A DNA stretch of 64,000 nucleotides from Mobula hypostoma (lineage: Eukaryota), in assembly GCF_963921235.1 (NCBI RefSeq), contig NC_086108.1:7936001-8000000 (forward strand). Direction: 5' to 3'. Below, one piece after another: positions 11,317 to 24,136 of the stretch. Under the pieces are notes generated by a model. That model had not been told where the DNA came from. It worked only from the letters and a program-made list of their open reading frames with translations, and ran no database searches. The translations under genes and the position numbers were made by a program. Position 1 is the first letter of the stretch; each line of letters begins with the position of its first letter.

Positions 11317-13770
11317 TTCTTTTCTTCTTTGGTTGTCCATCGAAATCAGATGACGACGTCCACTCCTTTAATGTTGAGATCTTTGATGACTATACAGTCC
11401 TCTCCTGGACCCCCAAGCTCTATTGCAGGTGAGACATGTATAGAAACATAGAAACATAGAAAATAGGTGCAGGAGTAGGCCATTCGGCCCTTCGAGCCTG
11501 CACCGCCATTTATTATGATCATGGCTGATCATCCAACTCAGAACCCCGCCCCAGCCTTCCCTCCATACCCCCTGACCCCCGTAGCCACAAGGGCCATATC
11601 TAACTCCCCCTTAAATATAGCCAATGAACTGGCCTCAACAGTTTGCTGTGGCAGAGAATTCCACAGATTCACCACTCTCTGTGTGAAGAAGTTTTTCCTA
11701 ATCTCGGTCCTAAAAGGCTTCCCCTCTATCCTCAAACTGTGACCCCTCGTTCTAGACCTCCCCAACATCGGGAACAATCTTCCCGCATCTAGCCTGTCCA
11801 ATCCCTTTAGGATCTTATACGTTTCAATCAGATCCCCCCTCAATCTTCTAAATTCCAACGAGTACAAGCCCAGTTCATCCAGTCTTTCTTCATATGAAAG
11901 ACCTGCCATCCCAGGAATCAATCTGGTGAACCTTCTTTGTACTCCCTCTATGGCAAAGATGTCTTTCCTCAGATTAGGGGACCAAAACTGCTCACAATAC
12001 TCCAGGTGTGGTCTCACCAAGGCCTTGTACAACTGCAGTAGTACCTCCCTGCTCCTGTACTCGAATCCTCTCGCTATAAATGCCAGCATACCGTTCGTAT
12101 ATGTGGTAGTGGGGGCAACCATGGCTGCATTTCTCCTGGCTCTCTTCTGCTGTCTTCTGGTTGTTCTTTCCATCTCCAGAATACAAACCCTGTCCCTACA
12201 CAGCTGTCGCCAAGTGGTACGGTCGGCAGCAACATCCTCCAGGTCCTCAGGTCTGATCTTGCACTTCCTTAAAGCATTCTTCATCTGATCCTTATAGCGC
12301 TTCTTCTGCCCTCCAGCTGAGTGTCGACCATGATGTAGCTGGCCGTATAACACTCTGCAGGGTAGCCGACATGGGGGCATCCTTATCACGTGCCCCAGCC
12401 ACTGCAGCTGACGCTGGGTGATCATGGCCTCAATACTCCTGCAGTTGGTCTTTACAAGTATTTCAGTGTGAGGCACCCGCTCACGCCAGGTAATTCCCAG
12501 GATGCGCTGGAGGCAGCTTATGTGGAAGTGCTCCAAGAACTTGATGTGACGGCTGTAGGTTACCCGAGCTTCACAGCTATAAAGGAGGGTGGTGATACAG
12601 ACCGCTTGGTATACGGCGACCTTTGTGGAGGGACGAAGGCTCCTGTTCTGAAATACTCTACGCTGAAGTCTCCCAAAGGCAGCTGACCTGTTTAATATGG
12701 CTCTCGATGTTGTTGTCAATGCCGCTATCCTCAGAGAGAAAGCTCCCCAGGTATTTGAAAGATGGCACTACTGACAGCTTTTCATCACCAACAGTGAAGG
12801 CTGGTAGAGTGGGTGGGAGACTGGTACTCCATTGGCAAACCACTTCTGTCTCGGTGGTATTGACAGTCAACCCCATCCTGCTGTACGCTCTCACCGCCAC
12901 AGCAAGGACAGTCTGAAGATCCTCCAGAGTATGGGCCACAAGAGCACAGTCGTCTGCATACTGCAGCTCCAGGACCCGCTCTCTACGGAGTTTGGTGGTT
13001 GCGTGGAGCCTCCTGATGTCAAAGAGGCTGCCATCTAATCTGACGTCCACTGCTACACCGCCGCTGTCTTCAATTTCGTTGTGGAGAAGCTTGGTAACAC
13101 ACAAGAGGAAGATGTTAAAGAGCACTGGTGCTAGTACACACCCCTGCCTCACCCCTGTGCATACAGGGAAGGGCTCGGACTCTTGTCCTCCTATGGTCAC
13201 CCGAGCAGTCATCCCATCGTGGAACTGGCGGAAGATGTTAACAAATTTATTGGAACAGCCAAACCTAAGGAGGACCTCCCATAAGAGCTCTCTTTGCACA
13301 GTGTTGAATGCTTTGGAGAGGTCAACAAATGCCATAAACAGGCCCTGATGTTGCTCCCGGCACTTTCCTGAAGCTGCTGGGCTGTGAAGATCATGTCGAT
13401 CGTGCTCCTGTTCTTCCTAAATCCACACTGTGATTCAGCAACATTGACTCGGTGACCAGGAGGTTCTATCAGCTGTCCATTCCCTTAAGAACAACAAGTC
13501 CCCTGGCACTGACAATATCCCTACTGAGTTACTGAAGAACGGAGGGTACATGTGTATGCGCACCCTCTACCAGTACATCACCAAGGCCTGGACTGATGAG
13601 AGCATCCCACAACAATGGAGAAATGCAAACATCGTTGTCATTTATGAGAACAAGGGTGACATGGCTATCTGCAGCAATAGTAGGGGCATATCACTCTGTT
13701 CTGTTGCTGGAAAGGTCCTGGCTAAGGTGATGCTTCAGAGACTCATCAGCAACATCACCAAGTCAATGCA
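11317..13770 (-). mobile_element. RTE-clade LINE (RT plus C-terminal zinc finger), split by a CR1 and carrying an inverted 5' segment
   Basis: AFVDLSKAFNTV, GVRQGCVLAP, LQYADDCAL, FKYLGS, QLQWLGHVIRM; C-terminus YTCLTCNRAWGSRRGLYSHQRSQH at ~11370-11442 with a (gaa)-type tail; upstream RT part on + strand at ~13458-13770. Confidence 0.9.
11443..12096 (-). mobile_element. Young 5'-truncated CR1 LINE inserted into the RTE
   Basis: NGMLAFIARG...RPHLEYCEQFWSP...NFFTQRVV; (ctatgttt)n tail; gtata duplicated at 11438-11442 and 12097-12101. Confidence 0.93.
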
Positions 13771-14276
13771 TTAGATAGCGAGTGGGCTTAGAGGGTCGCC
13801 CTCAAAAATCCCTTTGTTTATTTCAAAGTTTCCAAAATTTTAAAGTTTCAAAGTGCACTTATTATCAAAGAATGTATAAATTATACAACCTTGAGATTTG
13901 TTTGCTTACAGGCAGTCGGTTTATTCTGATAATGAAGGTTATTCTTTTTTGGTTATTAATAGATAGGGTGATCACTGTATACCAATGCTTCATCAGAAGT
14001 TGAAGGAATTTCAAAAGTATTGGGTGCAGTTTGCGTATATCAAGAACTTCTATTAACCATGAGTGTGGGACAGAATCCAATGCTTTTTGGTAGTCAAAAT
14101 AACAGCATGAAAGATTTCTGCTTTTCCGCTGGGCTTTGATTTCAAATTGCAGAATCTATTATCAGTTGTTCTCAACATTCTTTCACACCATTACTTCATG
14201 CTTTCTGCTTTTCTGTAAGTATATTATGATTACTAATTGAGTGGTGATTAGTTGCGAGATACATGACGTTACAGTT

Positions 14277-14623
14277 CTAGATGCAGGAAGATTGTTCCCG
14301 ATGTTGGGGAGGTCTAGAACGAGGGGTCACAGTTTGAGGATAGAGGGGAAGCCTTTTAGGACCGAGGTTAGGAAAAACTTCTTCACACAGAGAGTGGTGA
14401 ATCTGTGGAATTCTCTGCCACAGCAAACTGTTGAGGCCAGTTCATTAGCTATGTTTAAAAGGAAGTTAGATATGGCCCTTGTGGCTACAGGGGTCACGGG
14501 GTATGGAGGGAAGGCTGGGTTCTGAGTTGGATGATCAGCCATGATCATAATAAATGGCGGTGCAGGCTCGAAGGGCCGAATGGCCTACTCCTGCACCTAT
14601 TTTCTATGTTTCTATGTTTCTAT
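14277..14623 (+). mobile_element. CR1 LINE 3' end, near-identical to 11443-11790 in the opposite orientation
   Basis: LDAGRLFPMLGRSRTRGHSLRIEGKPF; same 3' UTR and (ctatgttt)n tail. Confidence 0.92.
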
Positions 14624-15289
14624 ATAGTTTGTAAACAAGTGATAGGGTTTCCCCTTTAGGTAAGAAATGTGACTTAGCTTCTGTCAAAAATCCGAGATCT
14701 TTTTCAAGAGTTTTGAGAAAACAGTTGATACTTATTAATAGATGAAGACAAGTAAATTATTAGACCAAAATTTATGAATATTATCACGGCTGGTACTTTT
14801 CAGTTGTGGGGATTTTTTATAACCACTTTTAGGATATCATTGTAACATCAAGTGTTTGCATTTCTTCAATTGAGTGAGTGTGTTCTTTTATTATTAATAT
14901 TATTATTTTCATTTGTATTTGCACAGTTTGTTGTCTCTTGCACACTGGTTGTTTGTCCGTCCTGTTGGTGCGGTCTTTGTTTCTTGGATTTACTGAGTAT
15001 GCCCGTAAGAAAATGAATCTCAGGGTCGTATGTGGTGACATATAAGTACCCCAATAATAGATTTACTTTGAACTTTGAACAATGCTGTGCTGACCTTTTA
15101 ACATATTCTAAGTTCAACCTAACCCTTCCTTCACGTAGCCCTCCATTTTTTTCCACCCATGTACCTATCCAAGACCAGAAGAGATAGGAGCAGAATTAGG
15201 CCATTCAACCCGTTAAGTCTGCTCTGCAATTTCATCATGGCAGATTTATTATCTGTCTTAATCACATTCTCTTGCCTTTCCCCAGTAAG

Positions 15290-16393
15290 AAAAGATGTCT
15301 ACAAATGGGGAAAACTCAGTTCTGTTGCTACTCTCCATAGGAGTGGGCATCCTGCTAAGATCACACCAAAAGCACAGCATGCAAAGCTTAAGGAGGTGAA
15401 AAAATACTCAAGGGTAACAGCAAAAGACCTGCAGAAACTTCTAGAACTTGCTAAAGTCTCTGTTCATGCGTCCACTATAAGGGAAACACTGAACAGGAAT
15501 GGTGTTCATGGAAGGAAGCCACAGAGGAAACCACTGCTCTCCAAAAAACGAACATTGCTTCACATCTCAAGTTTGCAAAAGACCACCTGGATGTTCTACA
15601 ATGCTTCTGGGACAGTGCCAATGTGCTTTTGGCCTAGATGAGGCAAAAGTTGAACTTTTTGGCAGAAATAAACACCGCTATGTTTGGAGGAAAAAAAGCG
15701 CTGCACGCCAACACCCAAACCTCATCCCATGAAGCTTGGTGTAAGGAGCTTCATAGTTTGGGGCTGCTTTGCTGGACAGCTTGTAATCATTGAGGGAACA
15801 ATGAATTCAAAATTGTATCAAAACATTTTACGGGTGAATGTCAGGGTAGCCGTTCATCAGCTGAAGCTTAGTAGAAGTTGGATAATGCAACAAGACAATG
15901 ATCCGAGAGACAAGGGAATGGTTTAAAAAGAAGAAAATTCATGTTTTGGAATGGTCAAGTCCAAGTCCTGACCTTAATCCTACAGAAAAGTTGTGGAAGG
16001 ACCTGAAGCAAGCAGTTCATGAAAGGAAACCCACCAACATCCCAGAGATGAAACAGTTTTGTAAGGAGGAATGACCTAAAATTCCTCCAAGCCAATGTGC
16101 AGAACTGATCAACAGTTACTAGAAATGGTTGCTTGAGGATATTGCTAAACAAGGGGGTCATGCCAGTTACTGAAAACAAAGGCGCACGTATTTTTTCCAA
16201 CAAATACATGTAATATTGGATAATTTTACTCAATAAATAAATGAAGAAGTACAATGTTTTCTGTGTTATTTATTTAATTTGGTTCTCTTTATCTAGTTTT
16301 AGGACGTATATGAAGATCTGACCACATTTTAGGTCATATTTATGCAGAAATGGAGAGAATTCTACATTGTTCACAAACTTTCTAGCACCACTG
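15290..16393 (+). mobile_element. Tc1-like transposon, 5'-truncated, decayed DD34E-type transposase with right ITR
   Basis: RSGHPAKIT, KPLLSKK, DEAKVELFG, QQDNDP and SPDLNPTEKLW motifs across frameshifts; ends ...cactg at 16393. Confidence 0.9.
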
Positions 16394-16402
16394 CATGTGT
16401 GC

Positions 16403-17636
16403 TACCTTGTTGCATTTCTACAAATTTTGTCTTTAAATCTGCATTGGTCTGGTGTATGTGAGCCTCTGCCGCAATGGTAACACAATTTGTTAAACCAGGC
16501 TGGTTTCTGTTTAGACGATGCAATTTTATTGAGACTTACTTTCATTCCTGATTGTAACTCAGTTATGTCTGTCTGTAGTTTCCATTGAAACAGTGATTTC
16601 AAGTGCTCATTTAAATGTAAGTTGTGCTTTCAGTTTTTGAATGCTTTCTTCCAAGATTCCACAAACAAAACGATCCTTCAATGCATCATTAATCCCATGA
16701 CTGAGCTGGGAATGCTCAGGCAACCTCCTCAATTCAGCCATGCATGCTGAAATGGACATCCCTTTTTAAATTCTAGTTATGAAATCTAAAGCGTTCTGCA
16801 GTCAATAATGACTGGTTCTAAATGTTCCTGCCCTACTTTAACAGTATCAGGAAAGCCCATTTCTGCTGGTTTGGTTTGAGTAGTTAAAATTTGAATTTCA
16901 AATTTTAAAATTTGAAGCAAACCATATGCCTTTAAACCCAATGCACTTAGCAGAATTGGTACTTATTTTTCATTGGTTATTTGCTTCAAAATACTGTTCA
17001 ATTTGCTCAGTATATAAATTCCAGTTATCTGTTGTGCAATCAAATTCTCAATCTTTCCAATATAAACAGTCTTTTATGTTTTTTTATGATTATTATCACC
17101 CGGTGATCACTCTTTAGGAAACCGTGAATTCCTTCTTTCTCTTTATAAACCCATAAAGCCTTCCGTTTTCTGACTTTTTCAAAAACCCGACCGTATCTTC
17201 CCTTCTGAAGAGCATACGCTGTGCTGTTTTTTTCCAAATCTTGACTGTGCCTTCACATGCTGGGCTGTTGTTTGTTTTTTAATTCAACTGTTTCTTGCTG
17301 CGTTTTTTTTTAGCTGGAACACCTTACCGTGCTTTAACAGTGCAGTAGCCTGCTCGGGTTCGTTTTAAAAATACCAAGTCACCAGCGTTATGCTCTGTAA
17401 CTTCAAAACGTTAAACTAATTCAACGAAAGAAAGGGGAGTCCGAGAGGTGGGTCTAAGTTCATGTTTACTTTAAAGAATTTGTGTACATATCACACGGTA
17501 GTGTGAAAATGCATGCAATGCACATAGTTTTGCGGATATTACAGATTACAATGAATAACTTAAATGAACAAGGATGTAATCAAACAATATGTTTACAATA
17601 TTACTCAAATACTACTGAAATATTAAATACACAACA
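16403..17636 (-). mobile_element. Gypsy remnant: ~250-bp LTR (17386-17636) plus decayed gag
   Basis: CCHC knuckle LCYHCGRGSHTPDQC; LTR starts tgttgtgtattt on the minus strand, homologous to the LTRs at ~20350-20578 and 23514-23734. Confidence 0.75.
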
Positions 17637-18181
17637 ATAACCTTTAGAGAATCCTAAACAAGTCCCTTGGCCAAACTCATCCATGCCTGTGTCCCATTGG
17701 CTAGCATATGCTTCATTTCATTAGCTGGAGTCTGAGCTAAATTTGTTACTGAAGTGCTAGACAGATGGAACCACTCCATTTTTTGATTTCCATGGAATTT
17801 TGCTTGGGTCATTACAGCCAGCAGGATCTGGTCCATGGTGATGTGTTTAAACTTCACAGGAGTAGCCTCCAGCTGAGCTTGTTAATATTTTCCAACTGCT
17901 GGGTGGCATTTTGGAATTTGTTGCTGGCTGGGTGACTTCTAGTCTGCACTGAAGTACAAGGTTTGGAAGGTATTTGTCCTCACAGAGCGTGCTGCTGTCA
18001 TCTGGTCTTCTCCTTGTCCCTCTACTGTCTACATGTAACAGGGTGTCGGGGAGTGTGTCTGTGCTGCGGTGGTCAGAGAGATGCTGACAGGAATAGTCTC
18101 ATCACAGAAATACTAACAGGACAAATGGATGAACTCAACAACATTCCCAGCAACCTCAGAAATCTCCAGATTGTGGCCTTG

Positions 18182-19307
18182 GGTTCCACAACACCAGGTT
18201 CAGGAACAGTTATCACCCCACAATCATCAGGCTCCTGAACCAGTGTGGATAACTTCACTCACCACAATGAGCCTCAGGTCCCACACCACCAGGTTCAGGA
18301 ACAGTTATTACCCCTCAACCATCAGGCTCCTGAACCAGTGTGGATAACTTCACTCACCACAATGAGCCTCAGGTCCCACACCACCAGGTTCAGGAACAGT
18401 TATCACCCACAATCATCAGGCTCCTGAACCAGTGTGGATAACTTCACTCACCACAATGAGCCTCAGGATTTGCACCACCAGGTTCAGGAACAGTTATTAC
18501 CCCACAACCATCAGGCTCCTGAACCAGTGTGGATAACTTCACTCACCACAATGAGCCTCAGGTCCCACACCACCAGGTTCAGGAACAGTTATTACCCCAC
18601 AACCATCAGGCTCCTGAACCAGTGTGGATAACTTCACTCACCACAATGAGCCTCAGGTCCCACACCACCAGGTTCAGGAACAGTTATTACCCCAGAACCA
18701 TCAGGCTCCTGAACCAGTGTGGATAACTTCACTCACCACAATGAGCCTCAGGTCCCACACCACCAGGTTCAGGAACAGTTATTACCCCACAACCATCAGG
18801 CTCCTGAACCAGTGTGGATAACTTCACTCACCACAATGAGCCTCAGGATTTGCACCACCAGGTTCAGGAACAGTTATTACCCCACAACCATCAGGCTCCT
18901 GAACCAGTGTGGATAACTTCACTCACCACAATGAGCCTCAGGTCCCACACCACCAGGTTCAGGAACAGTTATTACCCCACAACCATCAGGCTCCTGAACC
19001 AGTGTGGATAACTTCACTCACCACAATGAGCCTCAGGTCCCACACCACCAGGTTCAGGAACAGTTATTACCCCAGAACCATCAGGCTCCTGAACCAGTGT
19101 GGATAACTTCACTCACCACAATGAGCCTCAGGTCCCACACCACCAGGTTCAGGAACAGTTATTACCCCACAACCATCAGGCTCCTGAACCAGTGTGGATA
19201 ACTTCACTCACCACAATGAGCCTCAGGTCCCACACCACCAGGTTCAGGAACAGTTATTACCCCACAACCATCAGGCTCCTGAACCAGTGTGGATAACTTC
19301 ACTCACC
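18182..19307 (+). repeat. Tandem array, 12 x 95-bp unit derived from a Rex1-like LINE 3' end
   Basis: caccaggttcaggaacag recurs at 18192, 18287, 18382, 18476, 18571 ... 19236; the unit encodes SLRSHTTRFRNSYYPTTIRLLN and matches the monomer at ~42640-42725 (minus). Confidence 0.97.
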
Positions 19308-19334
19308 TCAACTCTGAACTGATTCCACAACCTC

Positions 19335-20110
19335 AGAATCAGCTTTACTATCAGGATGTGTTGTGAAATTTATGTGGCAACAGTACATTGCAATACGTAA
19401 TAATAAAAATTGTAAATTACAAGAAGTATATATTTATTTTAAAAATTAAATTAAATAAGTACTGCAAAAAGCAGGAAAAAGTAGTGAGTTAGTGTTGATG
19501 GCATTGGTGTCCTTTCAGGAATCTGATGGTGGAGTGGGAGAGGCTGTTTCTGAGGTTCCCGTACCTCCTCCATGATGGTTGCAATGAGAAGAGGGCAGGT
19601 CCTGAGTAATGAGGACTCTCAGTGAAGGAGTCCACCTTTAAGAAGCCCTGGATGCTGGGGAGGCTGGTGCCCATGATGGAGCCCACTGAATTTACGACTT
19701 CCTGCAGCTTATTTCGATTCTGCACTGTGCCCCCACCCCCCATACCAGACGGTGATGCTGCCAATTAGAATGCTCTCCATGGTGTATCTGTAGAAATTTG
19801 TAGGTGTCTTTGGGACATACCAACTCTCCTCAGACTCCTAATGAAATATAACCCCTTTTGTGCCCTCTTTGTAATGGCATCAATACGTTGGGCCCAGCAT
19901 AGATCCTCATAGATGTTGATACCCAGGAACATGAAGTTGCTCACCATGCTTACCCTTTCCACTTGTAATCCTTCGATAAAACTGATATGTGTTCCCTCGT
20001 TTTACCATTTCTGAAGACCACAGTCAATTCTGTGGTCTTCCTGATGATGAGTGCAAGGTTGTTGCCGTAACACCACTCAACCAGCAGATCAATCTCCCTC
20101 CAGTACACCT
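19335..20110 (-). mobile_element. Rex1/Babar-like LINE 3' part
   Basis: NFMFLGINIYEDLCWAQRIDAITKRAQKGLYFIRSLRR and downstream ORF2 remnants. Confidence 0.8.
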
Positions 20111-20349
20111 ACAGACTCACTTTCAGGGACTCATTACAACTCATATTTATTTTATTTAGAGGTTCAGCCTGGTAACGGGCCTTCCTGGCTTCTCAAGACC
20201 CAATTACACTCGTGACCAATTAACCTACTAGCCCGCACATCTTTGGAAGGTAGTAGGAAACACGAGCACCCAGAGAAAAGCCACACAGTCATGGGGAGAA
20301 CGTACAATCTCCTTGAGGACAGCAGCGCAATTGCACCTGGGTCACCATC

Positions 20350-23300
20350 ACTGTAACTCCAAAACAAAACCCTAATTGAAAGGGAAGCAAGGGGGCTGGG
20401 AATGCAAATCTGACCCTGATTTTACTCTAAGTGAGGCACATAGGTATGATGTGGCCATGTGATGGGGTGTGCTATTTACATGCCTTTACAAATAACCCAC
20501 AGTGCGTTATGTAAATATCAAATGGTGCTTAATCAAATGATATGTTTACAGTTTTACTCAAATAATAAATACACAACACTCCTCCCTGCTTTGCTATGAA
20601 TTCCAACTCAACAAACAATCCATCCGCAGGATTCAGTTCAGATCTTTGAAGTGTTATTAAAACTCATTTTGTGGAATGAATGAGACAGCCGAGCCAGCAT
20701 TCAGATCTATTTTAATTTATTTGCTGTTCACTTCTCATGCTAGTCTATTGTTAGCTTTATGTAAATCTCAACATTACCCAGTCCTGCATCATTCTAATCA
20801 TTATCAGATTTTTTATCAACAGCATGAAGATTGCTGCTCTTTTTGAAACTAAAACTCGACTTTTTTATCTTCTTCTCTTCCCTGTGGAGTCCATTAATTT
20901 TTGAGTACGTAACATGCTCTTTGTATGTGTTCTACTTTGTTGCATTTTCTGCAAGTTTCGCCTTTGAACTTCGGTCTAGTGAATGTAAGCATCTGCCGCA
21001 GAAGTAACACAGTTTGCTTGGCCAGGCAGGATTCTGTTTAGACGCTGCAATTTTGTTTGTGCTCTTTTTCATTCTTGACTGAAACTCAATTGTGTCCATG
21101 GCTGCTGTTTCCATTGACACAGCTATTTCAACCACTCTTTTAAATGTGAGTTGTGCTTCATTTAGGAGCTGTTTTTTGAATGCTTTCTTGCAAGATTCCA
21201 CACGCCAAACTATCTCTTGGTACATCATTAAGCCCATCTCTGAACAGGCAATGCTCAGACAATCTCTTTAATTCAGCCTTGTACTCTGAAATGGACTCCG
21301 TTCCCTTTGATTCCACTTATGATATCTAAAGCATTTTGCAATCATCAATGACTTCAGCTCTAAACGTTCTTGCATTAATTTCATGCTATCAGCAAAGCTC
21401 ATTTTGGCTGGTTTGCCCGGTGGCAGTTAAACTTCTAAGCAAACTGTATAGTCTTCCACTTAATGCACTCAGCAAACAGGCACTTGCTTCTTACTGACCA
21501 TTTCATTTGCTTCAAAATACTGTCAGGTTTGTTCTGTATACAGCAGCCAATTATCTCTTGTGCATTCAAACACGTCTATCTTTCTGGTGTAGCCAAGTAT
21601 TTTGGCATTTTTTTTAAAAAAATGATCATTACTATTGCATAGTACCCAATGTTTATGAACCTGCAAATTTGTCTGATTCTTGTCTCTTCAAAACTTAAAT
21701 GTCTTCTCCTCTTGTGAAGAAAGTGAGCTGTTAAAAAACTTCAGTGTCTCGCGATGCTTTTTAAAAACTCAAATATCTCGCTGTGCTTCAACAGGTAGGT
21801 AGCCACCTTGAGTTTGTTTACAAGACCATAAGACTGAAAGATATAGGAGCAGAATTAGGCCATTTGACCCATTGTGTCTGCTCCGCCATTTCATCATGTC
21901 TGATGCAATTTTCTTCTCAGCCCATTCTTCTGCCTTCTCCCCATATTCCTTCGTGCTCTGGCTAATTAAGAATCTATCAACCACTGCCTTAAGTATACAT
22001 AAAGATGGCCTCCACAGTTGCCTTTGGCAAGGAATTCCACAGATTCACCACTCTCTGGCTAAAGAAATTCCTCCTCATCCTATTCTAAATGACCTCTCTA
22101 CTCTGAGGCTGTGTCCTCTGATCTTAGACTCTCCCACCAAGCTCTTCACATCCACATTATTAAGGACTTTCACCATTCGATAGGTTTCAATGAGGTTACC
22201 CTTCATTCTTCTGAATTCTAGTGAGTTCAGGGCTAGAGCCATCAAACACTCCTTGTATCACAAGCTGTTCAATCCTGGAAACATTTTCATGAACCTTTGA
22301 ATCCTTTCCAGTTTCAGCACATCCTTTCTAAGATTATGGGCCCAAGCCTGCTCTCAGTACTCCAAGTGCAAGTGAGGTCTCTCCAGTGCTTTGTAAAGAA
22401 TCAACATTAATTACATCCTTGCTTTTATATTCTAGTCCTCTTGAAGTGAATGCTAAGATTACATTTGCCTTCCTTGCCGCAGACTCAACCTGCAAATGAA
22501 CCTTCATGGAATCTTGCACAAGCACTTCCAAGACCCCTTCCACCACAGTTTTTTGTGTTTTCTTTCCATTTAGAAAATAGTCAACATTTTCATTCCTTCT
22601 ACCAAAGTGCATGACCATACACTTCCCAACACTGTATTCCATCTGCCACTTCTTTGCCCATTCTCCTAATCTGTCTAAGTCTTCTGTAGCCTCTCTACTT
22701 CCTCAAAACTACTTGCCCCTCCGCCTACTTCGGTATTGTCTGCGAACTTTTCCACAAAGCCATCAATTCCATCATCCAAATCATTGACATATGATGTAAA
22801 AAGAATCGGTCTCAACATAGACCCCTGTGGAACACCCCTAGTCACTAGCAGCCAACCAGAAAAGGCTCCCTTTATTCACACTCTTTGCCTCCTGCCAATC
22901 AGCCACTGCTTTATCCATACTAGAATCTTTTCTGTCATACCGTAAACTCATAGCTTGTTAAGCAGCCTCATGTGTGGCACCTTGTCAAAGCCCTTCTGAA
23001 AATCCAAATACACAACATCGAGCAATTCTCTTTTGTCTATCCTGCTTTTTATTTCTTCAAAGAATTCAATCAGGTTTGTCAGGCAAGATTTTCTCTTGAG
23101 GAAACCATGCTGACTATGGCCTATTTTATCATGTGCCTCCAAGTACCCCAAAACTACATCCTTAACAATCGACTCCAACATCTTCACAACGACTGAGGTC
23201 AGACTAACTGGCCGATAATTTACTTTGTTCTGCCTCTCTCCCTTCCTGAAGAGTGGAGTGACATTTGCAATTCTTCAGTCCTCCGGAACCATGAAAGATC

Positions 23301-23734
23301 ATTACTAGTGCCTTGGCAAACTCTCCAGCCACCTCTTTCAGAACCCTGGGGTGTACACCATCTTACTGACTGACCGTACGGACCTTCAGACCTTTCAGTT
23401 TCCCAAGTACCTTCTCCCTAGTAATGGCAACTTTACTCACTCCTGCCCCGGTACTCTCAAACTTCCGGCATACTGCTTGTGCCCCCCACAGTATCTTACC
23501 TCCTCGTCGCCACTGTAAGATTTCTGTAAGCCCAAAACATAAAACTAATAGAAAAGAAAACAAGGGAGCCATGAATGTGAGTCTAACTTTGTTTTTACTT
23601 TAAGCAAGGTGCGCGTGTATGACATGGCGGTGTATTGACGGGTGCTATTTATCCACAATGCATTCTGTAAGTAAGAAAGAATGCTTAATCAAATAATATA
23701 TTTAGAATATTACTGAAATATTAAATACACAACA
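20350..23734 (-). mobile_element. Internally deleted Gypsy element (LTR-gag-LTR), interrupted by a CR1
   Basis: 5' LTR 23514-23734; PBS tggcgacgagga (23501-23512, complementary to the tRNA-Ser(GCU) 3' end); gag knuckle LCYFCGRCLHS; PPT aaagcagggaggag before the 3' LTR (~20350-20578); no pol seen. Confidence 0.75.
21820..23480 (-). mobile_element. Decayed CR1 LINE (RT to 3' end)
   Basis: QHGFLKRKSCLTNL, YLDFQKGFDKVPH, CR1 3' UTR with cttatggt-type tail. Confidence 0.9.
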
Positions 23735-24136
23735 GCTCCGTCACCAGATTCTGTGTGGGAATAGGCCTTACATTACTTGTCTGGCAGACGATGTTTCCTT
23801 CACCGACTTGCCCCCAGCCACATCCACTCCGAAATTCAATATGCACAAAGTGACGAATAATCTGCTGGAGTCGGTCACGGGTCGAGCAGCATCTGTCTTT
23901 CTCACTGATGTAGTAGCTTTGGGAGGATGCCTATTGCCAAAATAAAAGCTCAAAGTCTTTGGCCTGTGGGGATTTCCAGAGTGCTGTGTGGATAATGAGG
24001 TTATTTACAGTGGATAATCTGGTTATACGTTGAAAATTACCATTCATTCAGTTCCTAGAATCAGTGCAAGACGGAGCAAGGTCCAATGCTGGTTGGAGAC
24101 AAATACTGACCCCAGGCCAGAGGGGAGAGTTTTGCT

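Larger units (their letters stand above)
9866..14850 (-). mobile_element. Old R4/Dong-like LINE RT remnant, fragmented by nested insertions
   Basis: Minus-strand peptides DSVPHSWLIEVL (~14080), HFLYMDDLSLY (~11221-11255) and NFGLDKYRTLNI...ETYKYLGYQQ (10283-10495) in RT order; AT-rich. Confidence 0.7.

Noticed and set aside
11538..12719. 393-aa ORF as a novel gene
   Set aside because: Chance in-frame fusion of RTE and CR1 fragments; the RTE C-terminus resumes on the far side of the CR1.
18182..19307. CRISPR-like array or repeat-protein gene
   Set aside because: No unique spacers, the units are near-identical and LINE-derived, and the 95-bp period shifts frame with stops, so there is no long ORF.
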